Positions 25,562 through 35,851 of a stretch of DNA of 64,000 bases are shown piece after piece. Source of the DNA: Phycisphaerae bacterium (GTDB lineage: Bacteria; Planctomycetota; Phycisphaerae; Sedimentisphaerales; UBA12454); NCBI GenBank assembly GCA_041652575.1, contig JBAZHC010000006.1:79963-143962 (forward strand), read 5' to 3'. Each line of letters begins with the position of its first letter. Position 1 is the first letter of the stretch. The translations under genes were made by a program, and so were the position numbers. Under the pieces are notes generated by a model, which was given only the letters and a program-made list of their open reading frames with translations, was not told the origin of the DNA and made no database searches.

Positions 25562-27064
25562 ATGAAGCTGGATATGACAAACCAGATGCGGCTCGAACAG
25601 CGGATGAAGCTTGCGCCGCGGATGATTCAGTCGATGGAGATTTTGCAGCTTCCGATGTTCGCGCTTCTTGAAAAGATTGAAGCCGAGCTTAGCAGTAATC
25701 CCGTTCTTGAAACAGATGAGCCTTTGGAAACCGATTCTCTGCCGAACATTAACAGCGACATTGAACCGGCCACAGTTCAACAGTCCGAGCAGCCGGATGC
25801 ACAGGTGCAGGAGCTTAAAGAAACCCGCGACGAGGACAAGCAGGAGGATTTCGCAAAACTTGACGATTTCGCCGAGCAGTCCGACGATTATCTTTACCGT
25901 ACCGAAATTTCCAAACGGACAAGTTACGATAATGAGCCGGACAAAAAAATGGAGGCGATGAACAACGCTCCGGATTTGGGCGTTTCGCTCCATGATTATC
26001 TCAGCGAACAATGGCGGCTTGTCGATGCGGACGAAAAGACAAGAAAAGCCGGCGACCAAATCATAGATTACATCGATGAAAAAGGTTATCTGAAGGTTCG
26101 GCTCGAACAGCTTCACAATAAAGATAAAAATGATTTCGGAATGGAAGACCTCGAAAAAGCATTAAAGCTCGTCCAGCAGCTCGAGCCGGCCGGCGTCGGC
26201 GCACGCGACGCGAGAGAATGCCTGCTGATTCAGATAGACCAATCTTCGGAAGATATGAGTTTCGAGAGGGAGCTTGTATCGAAATATCTCGATAAGCTTC
26301 TTGAAAATAAACTGCCGGACATCGCGAAAAAAATGAACTGCACGGTCGAGCAAATTAACGAGGCTCTTTTACGGATGCGGAAGTTCGATACTTCGCCGGG
26401 GCTGCAGATTGGCAGGGTCAGGAATCATCCGGTAAAGGCTGATATAATAGTTGAGCCCGTCTCCGCTGAAGCCTGCAGGTTTAAAGTTTACCTGGCGGAC
26501 AAAAGCGTTCCGGCTCTTCGGATAAACGAATATTATGCCGGTATGGCAAGGGACAGAAAACTCGACGTAAAGGCGCGCCAGTTTCTGCAGGATAATATTC
26601 GTTCGGCAAGATGGCTAATGGACGCTATCGCACAGAGGAAGCAGACCCTTTTGAAAGTCAGCCAGGCGGTTGTCGACAGCCAGAGCGAATTTTTCGAAAA
26701 GGGCCGGATGTATTTAAAACCGCTGCCGATGTCGGAGATTGCCGAGAAGGTCGGCGTTCACGTCGCTACCGTTTCGCGGGCTGTTTCGGGCAAATATATT
26801 CAGTCGCCGCAGGGACTGATGCCGCTGCGGGACCTTTTCGGAGGCGGAATGGAAACCGATGACGGCGGAAGCGAAAGCTTCGAGGCGATTCGCGCAAAGA
26901 TGCAGCAGATTATAGATTCCGAAGACAAGTCGAAACCGATGAGCGACGACGCGATACGCAAAAAGCTCGAACAAATGGGAGTGAAGGATATCGCAAGAAG
27001 AACTGTCGCGAAATACCGCAAATTAATGAATGTACCAACGGCGAGATTCAGAAAAAAATTCTGA
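25562..27064 (+). CDS. rpoN: RNA polymerase sigma-54 factor
   Basis: 500 aa. N-terminal Gln/Leu-rich region I, and the C-terminal RpoN box ARRTVAKYR. Confidence 0.93.
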   Translation: MKLDMTNQMRLEQRMKLAPRMIQSMEILQLPMFALLEKIEAELSSNPVLETDEPLETDSLPNINSDIEPATVQQSEQPDAQVQELKETRDEDKQEDFAKLDDFAEQSDDYLYRTEISKRTSYDNEPDKKMEAMNNAPDLGVSLHDYLSEQWRLVDADEKTRKAGDQIIDYIDEKGYLKVRLEQLHNKDKNDFGMEDLEKALKLVQQLEPAGVGARDARECLLIQIDQSSEDMSFERELVSKYLDKLLENKLPDIAKKMNCTVEQINEALLRMRKFDTSPGLQIGRVRNHPVKADIIVEPVSAEACRFKVYLADKSVPALRINEYYAGMARDRKLDVKARQFLQDNIRSARWLMDAIAQRKQTLLKVSQAVVDSQSEFFEKGRMYLKPLPMSEIAEKVGVHVATVSRAVSGKYIQSPQGLMPLRDLFGGGMETDDGGSESFEAIRAKMQQIIDSEDKSKPMSDDAIRKKLEQMGVKDIARRTVAKYRKLMNVPTARFRKKF

Positions 27065-27086
27065 TTTTTCCCCGTTTTGTGATTTA

Positions 27087-27329
27087 TCAGCCGACCGTCA
27101 ACTTCATAATCAAAAAAATAACTATCGCCGTCAGTACCATAAAGGCGAGAATCGAGCCGAACAGAAGAACCGTCTCGCGAAGAAACGAGACGAGTGTAAT
27201 TTTTTCGAGTTTCGTCGCTTTATACACAACCGCGATAACAGTTATCAGCGGCAGCGCGAGCAGAAACGCCTGTGGCGTTGTGCCGATATTAATAGGGGCC
27301 ATAAAGCCGGCAAGACAATAATCAATCAT
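27087..27329 (-). CDS. small two-helix membrane protein, unknown function
   Basis: 80 aa, hydrophobic. ATGA-type overlap with the upstream 27326-27727 ORF favours this strand over the plus-strand ORFs. Confidence 0.45.
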   Translation of the reverse strand: MIDYCLAGFMAPINIGTTPQAFLLALPLITVIAVVYKATKLEKITLVSFLRETVLLFGSILAFMVLTAIVIFLIMKLTVG

Positions 27330-27727
27330 TTGTTCTGCTCTTTTATATTAATACAATGAGCCATATAAACGGCATTGATAACACACAAAAGGTTCAGCAT
27401 TCCGGCGATGCCTGTGTAGATTTCACCTATTTCTCTCGGCCTGCCGTACGCGTCCAGATGATATACGGAGCCGCTGAGATGAGCGATGAATGCAGCCGCC
27501 GGCGAAAATAAAAGCTGTGCCCAGTACCAGGGCGTGTTTGCGTCGATTACGGCAATCGAGCCGATATAGGTGCCAAGCCCAAACGCGAAAACAATCGCAA
27601 CAAAAATTATCGCAGCGCGTTTGTGCTGACCAATCAGCCAGTGGCCGGCGCCTGGTATCCACCAGCCGAGAACGCCGGCAAGAAAAAGAAGCCATATACC
27701 GGGCAGCTTAAATTTCCCTGCTGTCAC
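27326..27727 (-). CDS. membrane protein with a TM2/DUF6677-like PGAGHW motif
   Basis: 133 aa. WWIPGAGHWLIGQHKRA followed by hydrophobic helices. 4-nt overlap with the upstream gene. Confidence 0.6.
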   Translation of the reverse strand: MTAGKFKLPGIWLLFLAGVLGWWIPGAGHWLIGQHKRAAIIFVAIVFAFGLGTYIGSIAVIDANTPWYWAQLLFSPAAAFIAHLSGSVYHLDAYGRPREIGEIYTGIAGMLNLLCVINAVYMAHCINIKEQNK

Positions 27728-29940
27728 TGATTTTCTCCATTTGCATTATTCGAATCGGCCGGGGAGTTCGGTTCCTGCTGCGCGGGCCTGAGGTTCAATC
27801 TCTTAAGAATATTGTCCGGCAGAAAATGCTCTACCGACATACTCTGTGAATCAATATAATCCTGCTGGAAAGCGAGCTGCTGGCGTATCTGTTCATAATC
27901 CTCGATTGCACCGGAATCACGAGTTAAACTTTTTATCACATAAAAGGAAAGCCGGGGCTGGAAACCGATAATCGCCGGCAGAGTTACCTTTTTCGCCTGG
28001 ATATCTTCAAACTCACTGTTAATTGTGTCCATAAGTTTGCTGTAAATCAGGCTTTGATTCATAATGCCTTCGGCACCGGCCATACCGGCAGTTCTCATCC
28101 TTGTAACTTCTATATCCATTTTAGAAACTCTGGTGCTGTCGCTGAATGTCTGAATCGCAAAGGTTTTTTTGTTCGGCTCGTTACTGTCTTTTTTGCCGTA
28201 CGAGGCATTGATTTTTTCCAGTGCGGAATCCCAGGATTGCTTTTTGACCATTTCCAGAAATTCTCCGGCGACTTTGTCGGCGACTTTCATTGCCTGGAGT
28301 CTTTTGCAGTCTTTCGCGACAATATCTTTCAGGACAAATGTCTTGTTTCCGGCCGCGGAAGAGGCGGCAAGTTCCGGAAGATTTTTTTGATAGCTCAGCC
28401 CGATATCGGCAGGTACGGCAGAGCCGGCGGTTTCAACAACACGCACGACGGCCATAATATTGCCGGCCATATCCGAAAGCGGCCCGACGCTAACATACAA
28501 TTTCGGTACAGCAGGTTCGAACGGTCCGAGTTTGCTCGCTTCGCTGCCGAGCGGTTTTACGGCAAAGGCAAGTTTGCTCAGTCTCGTGGGCACCCTGCTC
28601 TGGCCTGTCATCATCAAACCTCCGAGATACTGGTCGGCCTGTATTTCTTCGGCGCTGATCAGAGCGGTTTTGCCCGTATAAATTTTTATATTATATTCTT
28701 TCGATGCGACCTCGGCCGCTGCGCTGTAGTCTCCCGCTTTGGACCGGAATGCGTTAACATCCGCTTTTTCAAAGTTCAGCGTATCAAAATTCGTTTCAGC
28801 CTGTTCAACGGCCCGATTGAGAATTTTCGTGCCCTGTGAACTTGCTTTTTGAGCATACAATCCTCTCTTTATCATATCGGCCACTTCGGCGTAGCTTTTC
28901 TGTCTCGTTACAGGCTTGGCGTCCGGGGCATTGGATTCGGCAGGCATCTCTTCCACGAATCTCTCGAGATTATGCTGATAGTAATCTTCCGTTTCTTCCT
29001 CGGCAGGCATAGCAACCAGCTTTTTAACGTCTTCGAGCCTGACAATCATATACTCCAGCGCGACCCGCGGCATCAGTTTATACCCAAAACCATACGGGTT
29101 GTCGTCATCGACCGTTCCCGGCAGATAATTTTTGTATTTCTCGAACTGCTCGGTAATTGCTGCGCTATCCGGTTCAGAGGCCTTATCCAGAAAGTTTTCG
29201 GCATTGAACTGAACAAATTCGGCGTTGATTTTTTCTTTTGCCCTTGCGAATATATTTTCGAGCTGCGATTCGGTAACATTTTCGGTATCGCCGACGATTC
29301 TCGCATAAGTCATAATCGACAGGATATCCGCAAAAGCCTCCAGCCCCTGCGCGTCAGACATATTATTGGCCGAACATACTCTTTTAACGGCTGTCGCCGC
29401 ATCGACCTGATTGTTCGTTACCTGCGGAATGATGATGTTAAGTATTTCACCTGCCTGCTTGGCAGGCACGACACAACCGGCGCTTGCGGCTTCGTCCCCG
29501 AGCGCTATCAGGAAAAGCTCCGCTCTGCCGCGGCTTTGCGCGAAAAACTCATCTATCCTCGAAGGGCTTATGCTGAGCCGGTTCTGAATGGAAAGTTTTT
29601 TTATCTCGTCATCCAAAAGAGCCGCAGGCACCGATTCCGGAAAAAGAATCTGGCCCAAAAGTATCGATCTTAAATCCTGCTGACCAAGGAGAAATTTGTC
29701 CACATACAAACCGCGAAGCACAGTGAGCTTGGCAGTGGCTTCTCTCAGGTCGTTAACTGTGATTTTTTTGTCCTTGCCGTACAGCCACATTGCGTTTTCA
29801 AGGCCGGTAGACCTCGGCTTGGCAAGCTGAGTCAGTACGGTCGGCATAATAAAGGCAACCATAATCAGTATCACGAATATCGCCATCAACTTGGTCATAT
29901 TCTTGCGAAACCATTTAACCAGATGCATATTACTCTCCAA
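27724..29940 (-). CDS. membrane-anchored periplasmic protein, PpiD/SurA-N-like chaperone candidate
   Basis: 738 aa. Single N-terminal TM (LMAIFVILIMVAFIMPTVL) followed by a long soluble region. The functional call is weak. Confidence 0.55.
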   Translation of the reverse strand: MESNMHLVKWFRKNMTKLMAIFVILIMVAFIMPTVLTQLAKPRSTGLENAMWLYGKDKKITVNDLREATAKLTVLRGLYVDKFLLGQQDLRSILLGQILFPESVPAALLDDEIKKLSIQNRLSISPSRIDEFFAQSRGRAELFLIALGDEAASAGCVVPAKQAGEILNIIIPQVTNNQVDAATAVKRVCSANNMSDAQGLEAFADILSIMTYARIVGDTENVTESQLENIFARAKEKINAEFVQFNAENFLDKASEPDSAAITEQFEKYKNYLPGTVDDDNPYGFGYKLMPRVALEYMIVRLEDVKKLVAMPAEEETEDYYQHNLERFVEEMPAESNAPDAKPVTRQKSYAEVADMIKRGLYAQKASSQGTKILNRAVEQAETNFDTLNFEKADVNAFRSKAGDYSAAAEVASKEYNIKIYTGKTALISAEEIQADQYLGGLMMTGQSRVPTRLSKLAFAVKPLGSEASKLGPFEPAVPKLYVSVGPLSDMAGNIMAVVRVVETAGSAVPADIGLSYQKNLPELAASSAAGNKTFVLKDIVAKDCKRLQAMKVADKVAGEFLEMVKKQSWDSALEKINASYGKKDSNEPNKKTFAIQTFSDSTRVSKMDIEVTRMRTAGMAGAEGIMNQSLIYSKLMDTINSEFEDIQAKKVTLPAIIGFQPRLSFYVIKSLTRDSGAIEDYEQIRQQLAFQQDYIDSQSMSVEHFLPDNILKRLNLRPAQQEPNSPADSNNANGENQ

Positions 29941-30054
29941 AAAAAGGTTTAAAAATTATTTCTCTACTTCTAAGTATTTCTACAAAAAAGACTTATATCT
30001 ATACACTGTGCCTGTTTTGAGAACAACAGAGTATAAGTGATTCAGAATAGTTTG

Positions 30055-30090
30055 CAATAAAAAAAGGCCGGGGGCAAAACCGGCCTTTTA
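30055..30090 (-). terminator. rho-independent terminator for the large secreted-protein gene
   Basis: On the minus strand, aggccgg-ttttgccc-ccggcct followed by a T8 run. Confidence 0.7.
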
Positions 30091-30113
30091 TCCTGTATTT
30101 TACTGCTAAATAT

Positions 30114-33100
30114 CTATTCCTCCGATTTCTCAATAGATTTCCTGAATTCAAGATACTCTTGTTCGCTCATCGATTCTTTAAATTCCTCATCGCTTTTCCA
30201 CAATTCGTCGAGCCAATTTAGGATTTCATTTACATCAAAAACCTTAGAAGTATCTGATAAACTTATTGATTCAGCTTTAGATAAATGCATTCTCTCTGCT
30301 CGCTGAGCTTTTAAAGATTCCAGTTCACGCTGTTTTGCGGAGATTGTCATCGCTGGTGTAATATCATAGAATTTCTGACTTCCTTCTATCAACCTTTGAG
30401 GTCTTTTACTTAAACTTTCAATAGCCGTTGACAGCATAAGATTATCATTCTCCAATGAATCTTCATCATCGCCCGTACTCATACACATCATCCGGCTTTG
30501 TTCGGCGTTTTCCTGCCACAGCCAGTCTCCGGCAAAATATGTAAGGTCATAAATATCAACATCATTATCATCGTCAAGACTGTAATCCGTCTGGTTTTGT
30601 TTCCAGCTTTGAGCTAAATAGCGATAATCCAAAAAGTTTACTATTCCGTTTTCGTCATAATCAGCAAGGCCGCCATAGAATTCATCACCACCTATATCAA
30701 CTCTGCCGTACTGGACTCGCCCCTGGTCGTCAATGTCGGTTTCACCGCTATAATTACCATTCGGATCACCGGCATTCCTGCAGCGGGAATCTTTAATAAT
30801 TCGCAGATTATTTGAATCAGTATCCACGAAACACGGGTCGGCCACGATGTTGCCGATACCGGAATGTATACTTTGCAGACAACTATATCTTACATTGTTA
30901 AAACTGCCATTTTCTCTGTAAAGGTCATTTGCATCATTTCCATAAATGATACAGTTGGAGATATTCGGCTCACCGCCACTGTGAGACATTTGAATGCCAT
31001 AAGTATAATTACCATATAACGTGTTGTTTCTTATGAATGGGGGCGACATACTGTGATTGTTTAAATAAATTCCACTGCAGCCTTCATAAAGATTTTCTGC
31101 TGTCCCATTATTATATATCCAATTGTTTGTAATGCTGCTGGTCAGATTATTGAACAATTCCAAGCCTTCATTGCCATTATAACTAATCACACTGTTTTTG
31201 AGGGTCAAATTGCATCCGCTGTTAAGAGATGCGCCGTTATAACTGCTGTTTGAAATAATACTGTATTTTACGGTCAAATCCGAATTAGAACAGGATATTC
31301 CGTTAATAATCGAATCCGTTACGGAACAATTTGTCAAAGTGGTTGAAGTGTTACTCAGATTCAAGCCGTACCAGTTATCGATAAAATTAGAGTCCACAAC
31401 AGTTATAGTTCCATTATCGGCAAGTATCCCGCAGCCGCTGGAAGAATTATATCCAGGATGATTTTTGAATATACAATTATTAACGTCTATAACAGAATAG
31501 TTTTGCGTATATATGCCATAATTCGTTATTCCGTTACCATCAAAAACGGAATACGATACTACAGGCCGACTTAATTGGAATGCATACAGACCATTTTCAA
31601 AATTATTGAAGAAGATGCAGTTGTGAATATCAGACCACGAGTATATGCTGCGAACGCCATAATAGTTATTTTGGAATTTACAATTTACGATACCTGCATA
31701 AGAATTATCGATATATAAACCGTCGCCTTGTGCATTTCTAACAGTAAACCCGTCAATGATTGTATAATCCGGGTACTCAATGTCTTCGGCCTTGACCACA
31801 CTGGCAACACTTTGCTGTGTTCCTATCAAACCTTCGAGAACAGTTTCATTGGCAGGGTTATTAAAATCGCGATCAAGAGTACTTTCCTCGCCTCCTGCGA
31901 AATGTCCGAATAAGCCGACATTTGGAATAAGCTCAAATGTTTCATTACCTGTCATAGTATAGGGATTTTGCACAGGTTTATAAACACCGTTAGCCACCCA
32001 AATAGCTACAACTTCTGCACAACTGCTTCTGGCACATTCAAGAGCCTCTTGTAAATCCTTATATGCGTCCTGCCAGTTTGTCCCGTTACCCCAGCCATTA
32101 GTATCTCTATCCACATAGATTATATCACCGCCGTAATAACAAACATTAGTATCAATTGCATATTGGTCAAAATAATGATCGCCTTCTATTACAGCCTTGT
32201 TCCTGATAGTTCCGCAGGGGTTGGCATAATAGTTGACTGCCGCCTGAATCTTAAATTGGTTGCTGTCTTGCGCCGATACGTCACCGACATTCCATCTGAC
32301 AGCATGCAAATCAGGGAGATATTCGCCGCCATCGGAAATAAAATTTGGCTCGTTTACCTCGAACGGCAGAAAATCTGTGATTACGACGTTGCTGTCTGCA
32401 AAACCATTTGCGTCCCAGTTAATATTGTAATACAGCCAGTTATATGGCGTTCCCAGCCACTCGTGTTCTAATTGGCTAATCAAAGGATATACGCAATCGG
32501 CATCATTATCATCTTTAACAATTTCAAAACATGGATGCCTGTATCCAATTTCGGCGACCGTTAAACCTGTCGGACAACCAAGCTGAATAGGTGTACTATG
32601 CAGAGTCAAATTAACATCATAAATCATCAGCTTATATTTTGTTTCATTAATGCCCTCATCACTGGTTGTGATATAGACAAGGCCTGTCTGCTGGTCAACA
32701 GCAATGCCCGCAACCGCGTTACCGATATATACCGAATCACTCTCGTCCGTTAGTAAATTATACTGATATAAACAGGGGTCGCCGTCACCATATCCTTCAC
32801 CTATACTGCCATAATAAAGTCGCTGATTATTTTCATCAATCGCAACACTGATTGCATTGCAGTCAACATTAAGCTCACCCGCCAAGGACCAGTCGTTAGT
32901 ATTATAATACTCTATAGTATGCGTATTGTCCGCCACATAAAGCAAATCGTTTTCTTCATCAAGTGTGATACCAAAAGCACCAACAGGTTCACCATATTCT
33001 ATACCTTCCAGTTCGATATAATATGGGTCGTTAAAATCAAGTGTAAGCGTTTCTGTTATCGGATTCCACGAATATGACCATAAGCGATTAGTAAACCTAT

Positions 33101-33485
33101 CCATTGCATAAAGTTTGCTTTTATCTTTATCTATCACGATCCCGGCCATACCTCTGCCATGGGCATTTGGAACTGTTATTCTTTCTTCAGGCTTCCTTGT
33201 TTGCAAGTTAATACGTTCAATTATTCCTGTATATTCGATTGTACAGAACATCCATTTGCCGTAATCCGATTCGTGAACCGTAATATCTGTCGGGAAAGCA
33301 ATATCCACAGTAATATTAGCATCATACACAAAATTTAAATTATCATTTGCAATATCATAAGTTTTAATTTGCGGCATTACGCGAAAATTTGAAATCACAT
33401 ATAACGATTTGCATTTGACAATATTCGTCATAAAGATAAGAATAAATAAACAGAAAACCCCTGTTGATTTTTTTGTGTGGTTCAT
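30114..33485 (-). CDS. large secreted multidomain protein: beta-propeller repeats + parallel beta-helix repeats + dockerin-like pair + acidic tail
   Basis: 1123 aa with a signal peptide. YVTN/LVIVD-like repeats (LYAMD, LYVAD, LYYGS, VYITT). PbH1-type repeats (NCKFQNN, NCIFFNN, NCIFKNH). Dockerin-like DYDENGIVNFLDYRYL and DDDNDVDIYDLTYF. Confidence 0.8.
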   Translation of the reverse strand: MNHTKKSTGVFCLFILIFMTNIVKCKSLYVISNFRVMPQIKTYDIANDNLNFVYDANITVDIAFPTDITVHESDYGKWMFCTIEYTGIIERINLQTRKPEERITVPNAHGRGMAGIVIDKDKSKLYAMDRFTNRLWSYSWNPITETLTLDFNDPYYIELEGIEYGEPVGAFGITLDEENDLLYVADNTHTIEYYNTNDWSLAGELNVDCNAISVAIDENNQRLYYGSIGEGYGDGDPCLYQYNLLTDESDSVYIGNAVAGIAVDQQTGLVYITTSDEGINETKYKLMIYDVNLTLHSTPIQLGCPTGLTVAEIGYRHPCFEIVKDDNDADCVYPLISQLEHEWLGTPYNWLYYNINWDANGFADSNVVITDFLPFEVNEPNFISDGGEYLPDLHAVRWNVGDVSAQDSNQFKIQAAVNYYANPCGTIRNKAVIEGDHYFDQYAIDTNVCYYGGDIIYVDRDTNGWGNGTNWQDAYKDLQEALECARSSCAEVVAIWVANGVYKPVQNPYTMTGNETFELIPNVGLFGHFAGGEESTLDRDFNNPANETVLEGLIGTQQSVASVVKAEDIEYPDYTIIDGFTVRNAQGDGLYIDNSYAGIVNCKFQNNYYGVRSIYSWSDIHNCIFFNNFENGLYAFQLSRPVVSYSVFDGNGITNYGIYTQNYSVIDVNNCIFKNHPGYNSSSGCGILADNGTITVVDSNFIDNWYGLNLSNTSTTLTNCSVTDSIINGISCSNSDLTVKYSIISNSSYNGASLNSGCNLTLKNSVISYNGNEGLELFNNLTSSITNNWIYNNGTAENLYEGCSGIYLNNHSMSPPFIRNNTLYGNYTYGIQMSHSGGEPNISNCIIYGNDANDLYRENGSFNNVRYSCLQSIHSGIGNIVADPCFVDTDSNNLRIIKDSRCRNAGDPNGNYSGETDIDDQGRVQYGRVDIGGDEFYGGLADYDENGIVNFLDYRYLAQSWKQNQTDYSLDDDNDVDIYDLTYFAGDWLWQENAEQSRMMCMSTGDDEDSLENDNLMLSTAIESLSKRPQRLIEGSQKFYDITPAMTISAKQRELESLKAQRAERMHLSKAESISLSDTSKVFDVNEILNWLDELWKSDEEFKESMSEQEYLEFRKSIEKSEE

Positions 33486-33524
33486 TTTAATTCTCCCTGA
33501 AAGATGACTTCCATTCTTCTCTTA

Positions 33525-34157
33525 TTATTTTTTTCTCAATAACAATCCGCCAAATGATAATAACATTAACATTGTCGGTTCAGGAACAATATTTATATGC
33601 GAATAAACATTGCCGTCACCATAAGCAAGGTCAAAACAAAATGAACTATCATCAAGATAGTACTTTCCTGTGACCTGTCCTAAATTGTAGATTCCACCTG
33701 TTACAGTATGTATAATATCATAAGCATAAAGATTGACTATGCTATTCTCCATGGCCATAAGAATATCAATTTGGCTGTTATAGATGTTTATAATAGAATT
33801 TTTTTTCCCCCATAAAGCATATATCTCACCTGCATATAAATTTGTAATAGATGTCTCAAGACTCATTAGCTGATTAATATCACCTCCTAAAACATTGAAA
33901 GTACTCTCGCCATACGCTCTGAATTCAGTTATATGGCCATCACGCAAATTAATAATCGTTTCATCATAAGCCTCTATAGATTGAATGGAACCACTATACA
34001 TATCCAGCGAGCTATCATTATACATTTCTATTACGCCATCATAAGTTTGATTTGCATCAATTACATGATGGCCTTCCGTCCAGATGGTAGTTGCCTGTGC
34101 ACAGACTGGTAAAAACAGAAATGCCAATAAAACCAAAACCCCTATTTTCGTTCTCAT
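33525..34157 (-). CDS. PEP-CTERM sorting-domain secreted protein
   Basis: 210 aa with a signal peptide. C-terminal VPEPTMLMLLSFGGLLLRKK, i.e. PEP motif + TM + basic tail. Confidence 0.8.
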   Translation of the reverse strand: MRTKIGVLVLLAFLFLPVCAQATTIWTEGHHVIDANQTYDGVIEMYNDSSLDMYSGSIQSIEAYDETIINLRDGHITEFRAYGESTFNVLGGDINQLMSLETSITNLYAGEIYALWGKKNSIINIYNSQIDILMAMENSIVNLYAYDIIHTVTGGIYNLGQVTGKYYLDDSSFCFDLAYGDGNVYSHINIVPEPTMLMLLSFGGLLLRKK

Positions 34158-34474
34158 ACTTCTTTCTCCTTATCTAATTTTTTTCTTCTCTCGATTTCCG
34201 ATGCCTCATCAACGGCCAGACTCGACAATCCATTATACCAAATTTATCATAAAAATATGGCAAAAAATATAACAGGACTATGTATATATATATACCAGAT
34301 TATGTTTGTTTGTCAATATAAAAGCACGGAAATTATTAAGAAAAAAACCGATAAGTTTGCACTTTTAGCACTTAAACCCCGCACCAATATTCTAAATGAC
34401 AATTTTAAAACTCAATGTTATCATTCTTATATATCTAAATTAAAGCAGTTTAAATTATTTTTAACGATATTGGT

Positions 34475-35770
34475 GTGGGGGTAAAGATTATAAAGATGAA
34501 ATCGCATAAGCAATTTACAAAAGCCTGCCGGTTTATGCCCGGCGGCGTGAATTCGCCTGTCAGGGCCTTCGGCTCGGTCGATTGCCCGCCTTTATTTATC
34601 GCAAAAGGAAAAGGCTCGAAAATTTACGATATCGACGGCAGGGAATATATAGACTATGTGTGCTCATGGGGAGCGTTGATACTGGGCCACTGTCATCCTG
34701 CGGTTGTCCGTGCCGCAGCGGCCGCCGCGAAAAAAGGAACATCATTCGGCGCACCAACTGTCGCCGAGACAGAGCTTGCCGAAATAATCGTCAACGCCTT
34801 CGATTCAATCGATAAAATTCGTCTCGTCAGCAGCGGAACCGAAGCTGTTATGGCAGCGGTTCGTCTTGGCCACGCATTTACCGGCAGAGATTACATATTA
34901 AAGATGAACGGTTGCTATCACGGCCACAGCGATTCGATGCTCGTAAGTGCCGGTTCAGGTTCGGCCCAGTTTTCAAAGCCTTTATGCCCCGGCGTGCCGA
35001 AATCCCTTTCCTCGCTTACGCTGGTCGCTGAATACAACAATATAGATTCGGCGGCAAAGGCATTTGGAAAACACAAAAATAAAATCGCCGCCTGCATAAT
35101 CGAGCCGGTCGCAGCGAATATGGGCGTTGTCCTGCCGAATGCAGGTTATCTGCGGGCATTGCGAAAACTCTGCGATGAAAACAAGACTCTTTTGATTTTC
35201 GATGAGGTCATCACCGGCTTTCGTCTCTGCTTCGGGGGCGCGCAGAAAATTTTTAAAGTGAAACCTGACCTGACCTGCCTTGGAAAAATCATCGGCGGCG
35301 GCATCCCGTGCGCGGCCGTTGGCGGAAGGGCTGATATTATGGATATGCTGTCGCCGACAGGAAGTGTTTATCAGGCCGGAACCCTGAGCGGCAATCCACT
35401 GGCGACCGCGGCGGCAATTGCGACTCTGAAAATTCTGAAAGACAAAGGATTTTACGCCCGTCTCGAGGAAAAATCGGAAAAGCTCCATACCGGCCTGCTC
35501 GAAGCGGCGAAAAAGGCGGCTGTTCCTCTGACGATAAATCGAATCGGGTCGCTTTTGAGCTGTTTTTTTATTGAAAAGCCGGTCAGGAACTTCGCCGACG
35601 CGAAATCGACAAAGGCGAAACTTTTCAAAGCGTTCTTCGCGGGAATGCTGAAAAACGGCATTTATCCTGCACCAAGCCCATTCGAGGCGATGTTTATTTC
35701 CGCGGCCCTGACAAAAAAGGATGTTGAAAAAACTATTTTTACTGCACAAAATATATTCAACCAGTTATAA
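34475..35770 (+). CDS. hemL: glutamate-1-semialdehyde 2,1-aminomutase
   Basis: 431 aa. PGGVNSPVRAF plus class III aminotransferase blocks. The true start may be the ATG at 34496. Confidence 0.92.
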   Translation: MGVKIIKMKSHKQFTKACRFMPGGVNSPVRAFGSVDCPPLFIAKGKGSKIYDIDGREYIDYVCSWGALILGHCHPAVVRAAAAAAKKGTSFGAPTVAETELAEIIVNAFDSIDKIRLVSSGTEAVMAAVRLGHAFTGRDYILKMNGCYHGHSDSMLVSAGSGSAQFSKPLCPGVPKSLSSLTLVAEYNNIDSAAKAFGKHKNKIAACIIEPVAANMGVVLPNAGYLRALRKLCDENKTLLIFDEVITGFRLCFGGAQKIFKVKPDLTCLGKIIGGGIPCAAVGGRADIMDMLSPTGSVYQAGTLSGNPLATAAAIATLKILKDKGFYARLEEKSEKLHTGLLEAAKKAAVPLTINRIGSLLSCFFIEKPVRNFADAKSTKAKLFKAFFAGMLKNGIYPAPSPFEAMFISAALTKKDVEKTIFTAQNIFNQL

Positions 35771-35851
35771 TACCGTACCTTGTGAAGCGTATCTCATATC
35801 TCGCTTAACGCTTCACTAATAACGAGATACATTTTTTTAGGAGATACCGAA

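Noticed and set aside
25289-26116. 275-aa minus-strand ORF, together with similar long antisense ORFs at 8383-9081, 21608-22273, 28054-28839, 28849-29673, 34982-35749, 46563-47147, 47621-48262 and 52743-53315
   Set aside because: Each lies entirely opposite a confidently identified gene (rpoN, etfBA, dnaX, the ppiD-like gene, hemL, purL, dprA). Their translations are low-complexity, Arg/Ser/Phe-rich and without motifs, so they are shadow ORFs.
27030-27359. Plus-strand ORFs 27030-27359 and 27079-27321 as alternatives to the minus-strand 80-aa ORF
   Set aside because: The plus-strand translations are Arg/Asn/Gln-rich and low-complexity. The minus-strand product forms two clean hydrophobic helices and overlaps the upstream minus-strand gene in operon fashion.
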